Source: an uncultured Bacilli bacterium (GTDB taxonomy: Bacteria > Bacillota_I > Bacilli_A > RF39 > UBA660). From it: DNA of 35,808 nt. Under the pieces are notes generated by a model. The model ran no database searches. It worked only from the letters and a program-made list of their open reading frames with translations, and was not told the origin of the DNA. Of this stretch, positions 10,648-20,527 are shown piece by piece. The DNA lies in NCBI GenBank assembly GCA_944351375.1, contig CALVPN010000003.1:1-35808 (forward strand). The letters run 5' to 3'. Positions within the stretch are counted from its first letter, which is position 1. Each line of letters opens with the position of its first letter. The translations under genes were made by a program, and so were the position numbers.

Positions 10648-10676
10648 ATTTTATCTAACAATTACTAAATTTGCAA
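10648..10676 (-). promoter_or_regulatory. Putative internal promoter for tuf
   Basis: Minus strand TTGCAA-17 bp-TAAAAT in the fusA-tuf spacer. Confidence 0.6.
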
Positions 10677-10708
10677 CTGTTTAGAACTAATTTTACCAAA
10701 GTTTCTTA

Positions 10709-12778
10709 TTAATTTCCACTCTTTTTAATGATTTCTTCAGCAATATTTTTAGGTACTTCTTCATAATGATCAAATGTCATAACAAAGTTACCTCTACCTT
10801 GAGTATTACTACGTAAGTTAGTAGCATATCCAAACATCTCAGAAAGTGGAACCATTGCTGATAATTTAACCACATTTCCAAGTGACTCTTGTCCTAGTGG
10901 ACGACCACGTCTACTAGTTAAGTCTCCCATAACGTTACCGAAGTATTCATCAGGGGTAGTAACATCAACTTTCATGATTGGCTCAAGTAATACTGCTTGA
11001 CATTTATTCTTAGCTTCTTTTAAAGCCATAGACGCAGCAATCTTGAATGCCATTTCATTTGAGTCAACATCATGATATGAACCATCATATAAAGTTGCTT
11101 TAACATCAATCATAGGATATCCTGCTAAAATACCAGTTTGCATTGCTTCTTGTAATCCCTTATCAACAACAGGTATATATTCACGAGGAACAACACCACC
11201 TACGATTTGATCAACAAATTCATAACCTTTATCAGGATTTGGTTCAAACTTAACCCAAACATGTCCATATTGTCCACGTCCACCAGATTGTTTAATATAC
11301 TTACCTTCACATTCAGCGGTTTGCTTAATAGTTTCACGATAAGCAACTTGTGGTGCACCAACATTAGCTTCAACATGGAATTCACGTTTCATACGATCAA
11401 CTAATACATCAAGATGTAACTCACCCATACCAGCAATAACAGTTTGACCTGTTTCATGATCAGTATGAACTTTAAATGTTGGATCTTCTTCAGCAAGTTT
11501 TTGTAATGCAAGTGCCATCTTATCTTGATCTGCCTTACTCTTAGGTTCAACAGCAAGTTGAATAACTGGCTCAGGAACAATAAGTTTCTCTAAGATAATA
11601 GGTTTCTTCTCATCACATAATGTATCACCAGTAGTTGTATTCTTAAGACCAACAGCAGCTGCTATATCACCAGTATATACATCACTAATTTCTTTACGAG
11701 TATTAGCATGCATTTGTAATATACGACCAATTCTTTCTTTAGAATCTTTAGTAGAGTTAAGTACATAACTACCACTAGCTAAATGTCCTGAGTAAACTCT
11801 AAAGAATGTTAAACGTCCAACAAAAGGATCAGTCATAACTTTAAATGCTAATGCACTAAATGGTTCATTATCACTTGGATGACGTTTTTCTTCTTCTCCT
11901 TTTAAGTTATGTCCTTTAATTGATTCTACATCAAGTGGACTTGGTAAATAATCAATAACTGCATCCATTAAAGGTTTAATACCCTTATTACCTAAAGCAT
12001 CTCCACACATAACTGGGAAGAACTTAGTTGCAAGGCATCCTTTACGAATAGCACGTTTAATCATTTCAACAGTTACTTCTCCACCTTCTAAGTATGTTTC
12101 CATCATTTCATCATCAAATTCAGCGGTCGCTTCAATTAAGTCAGCATGTTTCTCCTCTACTAAGTCTTTTAAGTCAGCAGGAATATCTATTTCCTTAGCA
12201 TCCTCTTCAGGCTTACCATCAAATTCAATTGCTTTCATAGTAACTAAATCAATAACTCCACGGAAATCATCTTCAGCCCCAATTGGCCATTCAATAGGTT
12301 TAGCATTAACTCCTAAACGATCTTTAATTGATTTAAGACTATAATTAAAGTCAGCACCCATTTTACCCATTTTATTTGCAAAAATAATTCTAGGTACCAT
12401 AAATTCATCAGCTTGTCTCCAAACTGTTTCCATTTGAGGTTCAACACCAGCTTGAGCATCAAGCAAAGCTACAGAACCATCTAAAACTCTTAAACTACGA
12501 CTAACTTCGATAGTAAAGTCTACATGTCCTGGAGTATCGATTATATTAAAACGATGATTTTTCCAGTGTACTGTAGTAGCTGCAGATGTAATTGTAATAC
12601 CACGCTCTTTTTCTTGTTCCATCCAGTCCATTTGACTAGCACCATCATGAGTTTCTCCAATTTTATGGATATTACCACCATGGAACAAAATACGTTCAGT
12701 AGTTGTAGTCTTACCAGCATCGATATGAGCCATAATTCCAAAGTTTCTTGTCTTCTCTAAAGACGTATCTCTTGCCAT
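10709..12778 (-). CDS. fusA: Elongation factor G (atypical G4 and G5 motifs)
   Basis: [40 protein letters not shown]; str operon position. G4 reads NKMG and G5 reads DAL. Confidence 0.98.
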   Translation of the reverse strand: MARDTSLEKTRNFGIMAHIDAGKTTTTERILFHGGNIHKIGETHDGASQMDWMEQEKERGITITSAATTVHWKNHRFNIIDTPGHVDFTIEVSRSLRVLDGSVALLDAQAGVEPQMETVWRQADEFMVPRIIFANKMGKMGADFNYSLKSIKDRLGVNAKPIEWPIGAEDDFRGVIDLVTMKAIEFDGKPEEDAKEIDIPADLKDLVEEKHADLIEATAEFDDEMMETYLEGGEVTVEMIKRAIRKGCLATKFFPVMCGDALGNKGIKPLMDAVIDYLPSPLDVESIKGHNLKGEEEKRHPSDNEPFSALAFKVMTDPFVGRLTFFRVYSGHLASGSYVLNSTKDSKERIGRILQMHANTRKEISDVYTGDIAAAVGLKNTTTGDTLCDEKKPIILEKLIVPEPVIQLAVEPKSKADQDKMALALQKLAEEDPTFKVHTDHETGQTVIAGMGELHLDVLVDRMKREFHVEANVGAPQVAYRETIKQTAECEGKYIKQSGGRGQYGHVWVKFEPNPDKGYEFVDQIVGGVVPREYIPVVDKGLQEAMQTGILAGYPMIDVKATLYDGSYHDVDSNEMAFKIAASMALKEAKNKCQAVLLEPIMKVDVTTPDEYFGNVMGDLTSRRGRPLGQESLGNVVKLSAMVPLSEMFGYATNLRSNTQGRGNFVMTFDHYEEVPKNIAEEIIKKSGN

Positions 12779-12790
12779 AATTTCTCCTTC

Positions 12791-13258
12791 CTACCAACGA
12801 TAATGTGCATAAGCTTTATTAGCTTCTGCCATTCTGTGGGTATCTTCACGTTTTTTAACAGCAGCACCTGTTCCATTAGATGCATCTATAATTTCATTAG
12901 CTAAATTATCAGCCATTCCACGTCCTCCACGTTTTCTTGAGAAACCAACTAACCAACGTAAAGCTAAAGCTTCAGCTCTTGCTGGAGTAACTTCTTGAGG
13001 AACTTGATAATTAGCACCACCGACTCTTCTAGATTTAACTTCTAAAAGAGGTTTAATATTTTCCATTGCTTCATTAAAAGCATCTATTGCGTCTTTACCA
13101 GTCTTTTCTTTAACGATATTAAAAGCATCATAAACGATAGTTTGAGCAACACCTTTTTTACCATCAAGCATAACTGTATTAATTAGTTTAGCAACAGTCT
13201 TAGACTTATATATAGGATCTGGTAAAATATCTCTTTTAACAGCACGTCTTTTACGCAT
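12791..13258 (-). CDS. rpsG: 30S ribosomal protein S7
   Basis: [36 protein letters not shown]. Confidence 0.99.
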   Translation of the reverse strand: MRKRRAVKRDILPDPIYKSKTVAKLINTVMLDGKKGVAQTIVYDAFNIVKEKTGKDAIDAFNEAMENIKPLLEVKSRRVGGANYQVPQEVTPARAEALALRWLVGFSRKRGGRGMADNLANEIIDASNGTGAAVKKREDTHRMAEANKAYAHYRW

Positions 13259-13289
13259 AATTTATCCTCCTTCCGATTTCTTTTACATA

Positions 13290-13703
13290 TTAATTCTTAG
13301 GTCTTTTAGCCCCGTATTTACTACGGCCTTGTTTTCTATCTTTAACTCCTGCTGTATCTAGTGCGCCACGAATAATATGATAACGAACTCCGATTAAGTC
13401 CTTAACACGTCCACCACGAACTAATACAACACTATGCTCTTGTAAGTTATGTCCAATGCCAGGAATGTATGTATCTACTTCCTTACCATTAGATAAACGA
13501 ACACGTGCATACTTACGTAAAGCTGAGTTTGGTTTCTTAGGTGTCTTAGTACCAACACGAGTACAAACTCCACGTTTTTGAGGAGATGGATTATTAGTTT
13601 GTTTTCTTCTAATTGTATTAACTCCTACTAAAAGCACTGGTGCTTTACTCTTACGAACTTTCTTTCCTCTACCTTTATGTACTAATTGATTTACTGTAGG
13701 CAT
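13290..13703 (-). CDS. rpsL: 30S ribosomal protein S12
   Basis: [32 protein letters not shown], with the Firmicutes-type insert. The KDLPG motif reads KDLIG. Confidence 0.99.
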   Translation of the reverse strand: MPTVNQLVHKGRGKKVRKSKAPVLLVGVNTIRRKQTNNPSPQKRGVCTRVGTKTPKKPNSALRKYARVRLSNGKEVDTYIPGIGHNLQEHSVVLVRGGRVKDLIGVRYHIIRGALDTAGVKDRKQGRSKYGAKRPKN

Positions 13704-13719
13704 TGTAATTTCTCGCTCC

Positions 13720-13798
13720 TTTCTTTACACATATCCAGGTGTATCATATTTACTTTTAAATAAAATTTTGCCCACGGCAAAACTAAATTTAAATCAGC
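13720..13798 (-). promoter_or_regulatory. Structured 5' leader of the str operon (candidate r-protein leader)
   Basis: Two hairpins between promoter and SD: TTTTGCC-GTG-GGCAAAA (13766-13782) and TACAC-CTGGATAT-GTGTA (13726-13743). Confidence 0.5.
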
Positions 13799-13804
13799 AT
13801 ACTT

Positions 13805-13834
13805 AATATAACACTATGTTTAAGTAATTGTCAA
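13805..13834 (-). promoter_or_regulatory. sigma-A promoter for the rpsL operon
   Basis: Minus strand TTGACA-18 bp-TATATT with an extended TG. Confidence 0.65.
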
Positions 13835-13850
13835 TATATTTCTAAAAAAA

Positions 13851-14387
13851 TTAAATATCATCTCTAACTATTCCAAAACCTTTAGTATTATTAAAGGAAA
13901 ATACTAAAACTTTAGAACCAGCCTTTCCCTTTTTATAATCTTCTTTCTGACAGTTAATTTTACGACATCTTGTACCGTTTAAAGGAAATATAACATCTAA
14001 ATAATAATGAACAGTTGAACTAGAAGCAGACCCAGAAGTTTTCTTCCATACACCATTTAATATTCCATCTTGGACTTTAACGCATTTCTTATTTTTAGGA
14101 ATAATATTTCTTGAAAACATAAAAGCTACAAGAAAAAATATTAATGCTCCACCTAAGCCAACAAAAAAAACTTCATTATCTTTAAGAAAAACTACATTGT
14201 AAATCATAAGGGCTAAAAATAAGCAACCAAAAATAATGCCTATAATAGAAGATAAATAATATTTACTATTATTATTTTTTACAAATTTTTGTACTAAAGT
14301 ATTCTCATTATCTGTTAATTCTCTAACCCCCAATTCTGATATCTCTATATCCTTATACTCATTATCTCTAGGAATTCTATTTTCCAT
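13851..14387 (-). CDS. Hypothetical membrane protein (2 TM helices plus a C-terminal beta-rich domain)
   Basis: 178-aa ORF, AAGGAGGT SD, two hydrophobic segments. Confidence 0.8.
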   Translation of the reverse strand: MENRIPRDNEYKDIEISELGVRELTDNENTLVQKFVKNNNSKYYLSSIIGIIFGCLFLALMIYNVVFLKDNEVFFVGLGGALIFFLVAFMFSRNIIPKNKKCVKVQDGILNGVWKKTSGSASSSTVHYYLDVIFPLNGTRCRKINCQKEDYKKGKAGSKVLVFSFNNTKGFGIVRDDI

Positions 14388-14860
14388 AATCTACCTCCTT
14401 ATTATTGTGAAATAAAAAAACTAACTTTACACATATATTTATAACTCTTAACTTTAGAGTATTTTAACTCTCCAGAATTAATTATCATAGGAAATTTTCA
14501 TCTTTTAAATCAGCTGCCAATTATAACAATAAATTTTAATAACATTTACAGAAGACATGTTCTATACCGCTTTAGACTTTATCTCTTTAACTTAAAAAGA
14601 TATAACCGCTGTTAATCTACCTCGTAACAAATCCTCCACATACCATTTTGTCATTACTCTTTAAATAAAGAATATCAAAATATACAAATAAAATCAACAC
14701 TTTTGTTTAAACAATTATTATTTGTATAAACTCTATTTTCCCCATCAGTAAATGACAAAACATAATTGTAAATACTATTTTCTGAAGTATTTCCATAGTT
14801 CAACAACTTAATTTCATTAATATCTCTAAACATCACAGTTAAAAAAATAATTTTAACAAT

Positions 14861-15868
14861 CTAAATATTTCGTATATTAGATAACACTTTCCTTTTAACA
14901 TCATCTTCATTTACAGTTCCTGCAAAATCATCCAGTTCTTTAATAAAACTAAATTCCTCGCTATCTTCACCTATAGTATAAGCACCATACTTACTAATAA
15001 TAAGTTTATTAAACTCATTTAAAATCTCCATTTTTTTATCATTACTAATATTCCAATTATATATTTCTCTAAGTCTATCTAAACATGAAATAATTTGTAT
15101 TTTTCTGATATCTTCTTTAGAAGAATAATAAGTGCCATCTTTAATTGTTTGTATAGTAATACCATCACATACTTTAAAAATATCAAATATATCTTCATTA
15201 ACACTTAAACAAGAAGCCATAATTCCTTTACTATTACTTCTATAGAAATAATATTTAGAAGGAATAAAACCGATTAGAGATGCTTTTAAAATAGTAGGAT
15301 AAACAAATGCTATATCTTCCCATTTAACAGAAGGAATAAAAGGCTCTTCATCAAATAAATCTCTTCGATAGATTTTATTCCAACAAGCTAGAGACTGATA
15401 ACATAAAAAGCCTGGATTTTTAGAAACATCAATAATTCTAGGCGAAATATTACCATATTCTCTTTCTATAAAACTTTTACTACTATCTTTTTCTGAAACT
15501 CTTTGAACTCCAGCAGATACAACTTTTAAACCTTTACACACCTTTGTTAAAGCTAACATATCTCCATACATATATCTATGAACAAAATCATCACTATCAA
15601 CAAAACCAATGTACTCACCACTAGCATTTTTAAGACCAATATTTCTAGCAACAGAAACACCTTTATTTTCATCTAAATGAATATATTTAAAAATTTCAGG
15701 TAACAACTCACAATATTTTTTTATTATATCTAAACTATTATCACTAGAATTATCATCTACAATAATTACTTCAAAATCCAAAACATCTTGTAAAACTAAA
15801 CTATTTAAACAATCTTCAAGATAAGCTCCACTATTATAAACAGGAACTATTATACTCAAATTCTTCAT
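14861..15868 (-). CDS. Glycosyltransferase family 2 protein
   Basis: SIIVPVYN, EVIIVDDNSSDNS, NKGVSVARNIGL, YIGFVDSDD, WNKIYRR, WED. Confidence 0.92.
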   Translation of the reverse strand: MKNLSIIVPVYNSGAYLEDCLNSLVLQDVLDFEVIIVDDNSSDNSLDIIKKYCELLPEIFKYIHLDENKGVSVARNIGLKNASGEYIGFVDSDDFVHRYMYGDMLALTKVCKGLKVVSAGVQRVSEKDSSKSFIEREYGNISPRIIDVSKNPGFLCYQSLACWNKIYRRDLFDEEPFIPSVKWEDIAFVYPTILKASLIGFIPSKYYFYRSNSKGIMASCLSVNEDIFDIFKVCDGITIQTIKDGTYYSSKEDIRKIQIISCLDRLREIYNWNISNDKKMEILNEFNKLIISKYGAYTIGEDSEEFSFIKELDDFAGTVNEDDVKRKVLSNIRNI

Positions 15869-15952
15869 AAAACCACCCTGTCAAGAAAATGATATCATCA
15901 ATAAAATAAAAATACAATGATTATTTATTAAATTTTTACGATTCTTTTAGAA

Positions 15953-15995
15953 AGGACACTCATGACCAAAGTCACGAGTGTTCCTGGCTCAGTTT
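15953..15995 (-). mobile_element. IS200/IS605-like terminal hairpin remnant (no transposase)
   Basis: Minus strand TTTAT|AAACTGAGCCAGGAACACTCGTGAC-TTTG-GTCATGAGTGTCCT. A GC-rich imperfect palindrome between divergent genes, resembling the CTCRYGACTTTAGTCRTGAG hairpins recalled from Firmicutes IS605-family ends. Confidence 0.55.
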
Positions 15996-16129
15996 ATAAA
16001 TTATTTATCAATCCAAGTCATTCTCAATACTAAATCTACTAAATAATTAAGATTCTTCCCATTACAACCAAAACAAAAAGCAAAAATCACTTACATATGA
16101 TATAATAGTATATATATGGGAGGAAAAAA

Positions 16130-16789
16130 ATGAATTTACAAGCATTAAACAATATAAGTTATGGTATGTATATAATTACAACTGAAGATAATAATAAAAA
16201 TATAGGGTGCATTATAAATACAGTAACTCAAATAACTTCAGAAAAACCAATTATTTCCATCAGTTTAAACAAAGAAAATTATACAAACGAAATACTTAAA
16301 AAAACAAAGAAATGTAGCATTTCAATATTATCAGAAAAAACTAATAAGGAACTAATTGGAAGGTTTGGCTATTTTTCATCAAAAAATACTGATAAATTTA
16401 AAGACACTATATATGAAAAAATAGATAACTTACCAGTTGTTAAAGAGAGTTCCTGTGCTTATATAATAGGAGATGTTATTGATATTATAAATGTAGAAAC
16501 TCATGATATATTTCTAATAAGAGTAAAAAAAGTAGAACAATTAACTAATGACACACCAATGACTTACAAATATTATCATGAAGTATTAAAAGGAAAATCT
16601 CCATCTAAAGCCCCTACTTACATAAAGGAAGAGAATATTAACTTGAACAAAGAAGAAAATAAATATAAATGTACAGTTTGCGGATACATTTATGATGATG
16701 CTAAAGAAAAAATAAAATTTGAAGATTTAAAAGACGATTGGAAATGTCCAATATGTGGAGTAGGTAAAGACAAATTTATAAAATTATAA
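16130..16789 (+). CDS. Flavin reductase-rubredoxin fusion (high-molecular-weight rubredoxin-like)
   Basis: [33 protein letters not shown], then rubredoxin CTVCGYIY...[18 protein letters not shown] and TGATATAAT -10. Confidence 0.9.
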   Translation: MNLQALNNISYGMYIITTEDNNKNIGCIINTVTQITSEKPIISISLNKENYTNEILKKTKKCSISILSEKTNKELIGRFGYFSSKNTDKFKDTIYEKIDNLPVVKESSCAYIIGDVIDIINVETHDIFLIRVKKVEQLTNDTPMTYKYYHEVLKGKSPSKAPTYIKEENINLNKEENKYKCTVCGYIYDDAKEKIKFEDLKDDWKCPICGVGKDKFIKL

Positions 16790-16795
16790 GCAACT

Positions 16796-16829
16796 AAAAA
16801 GCCTTGACTAATTTAAATCAAGGTTTTTT
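16796..16829. terminator. Bidirectional intrinsic terminator between convergent genes
   Basis: AAAAAGCCTTGA-N10-TCAAGGTTTTTT with A and T tracts on the two sides. Confidence 0.8.
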
Positions 16830-16830
16830 A

Positions 16831-18486
16831 TTATTCATGAAAACAACTACCACCAATAAACTCTCTAATTATAGAGTCATCTGGAATACTCTCACTTGGA
16901 ATAGGAAGAATTAATCTTAAGATATTAAGGAGCCTTTTTGCCTCTTCATAATAAGTTGAATCTTCATCTACTGAATAAAGTAAAGGTTCAACATATGTTT
17001 TTAATACTCCTAATTCATATATTAAAGCTGTATTAATAGTGGCATCCGCTTCATCTTGATAAGGAAATATATATTTTTCTTCTCCACTCCTAACATTATT
17101 CCATACGCTTAACGTTTTAACTACATCATATCCTCTTGTCCTATTATCTCTAATTATTCTTCTTAAGAGTCTATTATCTGTAGTAGGAAAACGATTATGG
17201 TAATCTATATTAAGTTCTGTTAAAGCAGATAAATATATTTTAAATTTATTTTTAGCAGGTATTTCTTTTAACACTTTAGGGTTCAAGGCATGTATTCCTT
17301 CTATTAACAAAATATCATCTTTATCTAATTTTAACTCTTTAACAAACTCTTTAACTCCTTCTTTAAAGTTATAAATAGGAGCCACTACTTCTTTACCTTC
17401 TAATAATTCATTAATTTGTTTGGTTAATAACTTATTATCAACTGCTTCAAAACACTCATAATCCTTCTCTCCTTTTTCATTTACTGGTGTCTTATCCCTA
17501 TCCACAAAATAATCATCCATACTAATCATTTTAGGATTAAGTCCAAAGCTCTTTAAATACATACAAAGTTTAGTAGTAGTTGTCGTCTTACCACTAGAAG
17601 ATGGACCAGCAAGTAATATTATTTTCTTATCTTTTTTATTATCTACTATCTTTCTAGCCACATTTAAAAGTCTATTACTCTGTAAAGTTTCATCTATTCT
17701 AATTAAATCTGCAATCTTACCACGACTAACAACTTCATTTAAATCAGCAATAGTTTCTATTTTCATTAACTTAGTCCAATCTCTACATTCTTTAAAGACT
17801 TTAAACATATTAGGATGATGAGTATATGTTTTAATTTGATTATGAGAATATTCTGTAGGAAACTGTAATACAAAACCATTATCATCGACATAAGTTAGCT
17901 TAAATTCTTTTAAACAACTAGTAGATGGAGGCATCTGCCCATAAAAGTAATTATAATAATTAGAAAGTCTATAAAGAGTAATAGATGTATTAGTATTATA
18001 TTTCATAATATTAGCTTTAGCTAAATCGTTAATACTCTCAAAATAATGTATAGCAGATATTCTATCCACACTAACTTTAGTAATAGATAAATCCATCTCT
18101 ACTAGTTTTAACATCTTTCTAGCTATTGTCTTTAAAATTGTCTCTGTAAGAGGAAAAGTTGTTTTAATATAGATTCCCTTATCTAAAGAGTGCATTACTT
18201 TAATATCTGCATCAAGACCAAACATCTCTTTAACAGCAACTACTAAAAGAAAGGTCAAACCAGCAATATGAGCTCTATTACCAATCTTAGAATTCAAATC
18301 GAAAAAAGTTATTCCACAAGGATCATTAACTACATAACTAAGTTCTTTAGAAACATTATTAACACTTGCAAGAATAATAGGAAAACGATAATCTTTCTGA
18401 TATTCTTTACTTAATTGCAATAAGGTTGTACCACGAGGTACTATCTCTTCTTTTCCGTTTATTGTTACTTTAACATCTTCTATCAT
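16831..18486 (-). CDS. Nucleoside (uridine) kinase/phosphoribulokinase family protein with an N-terminal TGS/ThrRS-like region
   Basis: LLAGPSSSGKTTT, ISMDDYF, IEGIHALNP, TDNRLLRRIIRD, GEEKYIFPYQ, SIIREFIGGS. Confidence 0.88.
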   Translation of the reverse strand: MIEDVKVTINGKEEIVPRGTTLLQLSKEYQKDYRFPIILASVNNVSKELSYVVNDPCGITFFDLNSKIGNRAHIAGLTFLLVVAVKEMFGLDADIKVMHSLDKGIYIKTTFPLTETILKTIARKMLKLVEMDLSITKVSVDRISAIHYFESINDLAKANIMKYNTNTSITLYRLSNYYNYFYGQMPPSTSCLKEFKLTYVDDNGFVLQFPTEYSHNQIKTYTHHPNMFKVFKECRDWTKLMKIETIADLNEVVSRGKIADLIRIDETLQSNRLLNVARKIVDNKKDKKIILLAGPSSSGKTTTTTKLCMYLKSFGLNPKMISMDDYFVDRDKTPVNEKGEKDYECFEAVDNKLLTKQINELLEGKEVVAPIYNFKEGVKEFVKELKLDKDDILLIEGIHALNPKVLKEIPAKNKFKIYLSALTELNIDYHNRFPTTDNRLLRRIIRDNRTRGYDVVKTLSVWNNVRSGEEKYIFPYQDEADATINTALIYELGVLKTYVEPLLYSVDEDSTYYEEAKRLLNILRLILPIPSESIPDDSIIREFIGGSCFHE

Positions 18487-18610
18487 TTTAACACCCTCTT
18501 AATTCTATATATGATTATACCAAACTTACCATGCAAAGTCTAATAATTTTGCCACATCTTGTAGGGTATAATTTAAAGTTTATTTGGATATAGTAGAATT
18601 AGGTGATAAT

Positions 18611-19180
18611 ATGAATCTAATACCAATGATTGTAGATAAAGAAATAAATGGTGAAAGGAGTTATGATATTTTTTCTAAGCTATTAAAGAATAGAATAATT
18701 ATATTAAGTGGTACTATTAATGATGAGTCTGCTAATACAATAGTTGCAGAACTACTCTACCTAGATTCTCTAAATCATGAAGACATATCTCTTTATATTA
18801 ATTCCCCAGGTGGCTCAGTAACTGCAGGTTTCGCTATCTATGATACAATGAATTTAATTAAAAGTGATGTTTCTACTATTTGTATGGGACTATCTGCATC
18901 AATGGCAGCTTTTCTCCTATCTAGTGGCAAAAAAGGTAAAAGGTATGCTCTACCTAATAGTGAAATAATGATACATCAACCACTTGGAGGAGCAGAAGGT
19001 CAAGCAACAGAGATTAAGATAGCAGCAGAACATATCATAAAAACTAAAAAAAAGCTAAACAAAATCCTAGCTTCAAACACTAAACAAAAATTAGAAAAAA
19101 TAGAACAAGACACAGAAAGAGATTATTTCTTAGAAGCTAAGGAAGCTAAAGAGTATGGGCTAATAGATAAAGTTCTTTAA
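18611..19180 (+). CDS. clpP: ATP-dependent Clp protease proteolytic subunit
   Basis: [26 protein letters not shown] (catalytic Ser), MIHQP, ERD, YGLIDKV. ATG at 18611 behind AGGTGA. Confidence 0.97.
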   Translation: MNLIPMIVDKEINGERSYDIFSKLLKNRIIILSGTINDESANTIVAELLYLDSLNHEDISLYINSPGGSVTAGFAIYDTMNLIKSDVSTICMGLSASMAAFLLSSGKKGKRYALPNSEIMIHQPLGGAEGQATEIKIAAEHIIKTKKKLNKILASNTKQKLEKIEQDTERDYFLEAKEAKEYGLIDKVL

Positions 19181-19395
19181 TCAGTAAAAACTTTATCCAT
19201 TAGTTTTTTTATTTTCTTCTTACGCTCTTTTGTTTTCTTTTTATTAACAAAAACTTCTTTAGTATCACTATTAATTTCTAGAACATCCCCCTCTTTAACA
19301 GTAGGAATTTTATCTATTTTATAAGTCATAACTTTTCCTTTATCTAATTCAATCACTACCAAATTGTTCTCTATTCTATCAACAATTACTTCCAT
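19177..19395 (-). CDS. DUF3006-family small protein
   Basis: IVDRIE..LVVIE...P..KEGDVL...T.ERK..I..LMDKVF. 4-bp convergent overlap with clpP. The SD points to an upstream ATA at 19419. Confidence 0.8.
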   Translation of the reverse strand: MEVIVDRIENNLVVIELDKGKVMTYKIDKIPTVKEGDVLEINSDTKEVFVNKKKTKERKKKIKKLMDKVFTD

Positions 19396-19606
19396 AGGTT
19401 TAACATATTCACTAAATATAAAAGTACCTCCTTTCTCATAATATCTCTTTCTAAAGACACTATAACAGAAAAGGAAATCTTTGAAAAATTACAAAAACTC
19501 GATATTAAGAACTTTTTTTACCTTATTTTTTAAATTGTTCTATAATAATTTCTAATTTCTGAATTAAAATTTCTTACAATTTATAGAATTCAAAGTTTTT
19601 AAAATT

Positions 19607-20515
19607 TTAACTAATAAATTTAAGTGCTAACTCTTTAATCTTTCTAAATCTATGATTAAGTCCTGACTTAGTAATCTTCTTGCCAGTCTCTAAACTAATA
19701 ATCTCACTAAGTTCTTTAAGTGAAGCCTCTTGATATTTCTTACGGTATTCTAAAGCTTCTTTAGTCTTATCATCAAGCAACCCAACACCCATATTATCTT
19801 CAAGTACTTTTATATAGTTTAACTGTTCCATCGCTGTCTCTAAAACTCTATCCATATTAGCTTGTTCACAATTATTAAGACGATTAGTTTTATTTTTTGT
19901 ATCTCTATAAACCCTTATCTCTTCATAATATAGTACTGCTTTACTACAACCAATTATCTTCAAAAAATCACTTATCTTATCAGCTTCTTTAATATATAAC
20001 ATAAATCCTTTATCACGACTTAGTAGTTTAGCATTTAATGAATAAGTATTAAGAAGTTTCTGAACAAAAACAGCTTCTTCCCCCTTCTCTATTAAAAACT
20101 CTAAATGATATCTACTAGTCTTTGGATCATTAATACTCCCACTACTTAAAAAAACACCTCTTAAATAACCTCTAATCTCATCATCTAGCTCTACTAAATA
20201 ACCAGGAACAACTTCACTATCAATACAAAAATTTTCTCTAATAAAAGTATTTCCTTTAGTAATAATTAAAGCTTTTAATTTATTTTTACTAAAATTATTA
20301 TTATCTAAAAGCTCTTCATCATAAGATATCTCTTCATAACTATCAAGTAAATCTTTTAAATAATTTATAACACTATCATTTTCACTACTAATTGCAATAG
20401 AATCTTTTATTATTTGAAAATTATTACGAAAAAAACCAGAAATTAAAGCTATTTTAGCAGTTTCAGTTAATTTTAATGTTGTTATTTCATTTTTAACAGT
20501 ACCTGTAAAAGACAT
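19607..20515 (-). CDS. whiA: DNA-binding protein WhiA
   Basis: MSFT..VK.E, YLRGVFLSSGSINDP..YHLE, NRLNNCEQAN, SLKEL, ITKSGLNHRFRKI; follows yvcK. Confidence 0.95.
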   Translation of the reverse strand: MSFTGTVKNEITTLKLTETAKIALISGFFRNNFQIIKDSIAISSENDSVINYLKDLLDSYEEISYDEELLDNNNFSKNKLKALIITKGNTFIRENFCIDSEVVPGYLVELDDEIRGYLRGVFLSSGSINDPKTSRYHLEFLIEKGEEAVFVQKLLNTYSLNAKLLSRDKGFMLYIKEADKISDFLKIIGCSKAVLYYEEIRVYRDTKNKTNRLNNCEQANMDRVLETAMEQLNYIKVLEDNMGVGLLDDKTKEALEYRKKYQEASLKELSEIISLETGKKITKSGLNHRFRKIKELALKFIS

Positions 20516-20527
20516 AAACCTCACCCC

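Noticed and set aside
9673-12760. Short alternative-frame and antisense ORFs inside tuf and fusA (9673, 10253, 11200, 11207, 12524, 12541)
   Set aside because: Shadows of strongly biased codon usage in highly expressed genes; no SDs or recognisable motifs.
18487-18610. CtsR or HrcA (CIRCE) operator before clpP
   Set aside because: No GGTCAAA direct repeat or TTAGCACTC inverted repeat is visible.
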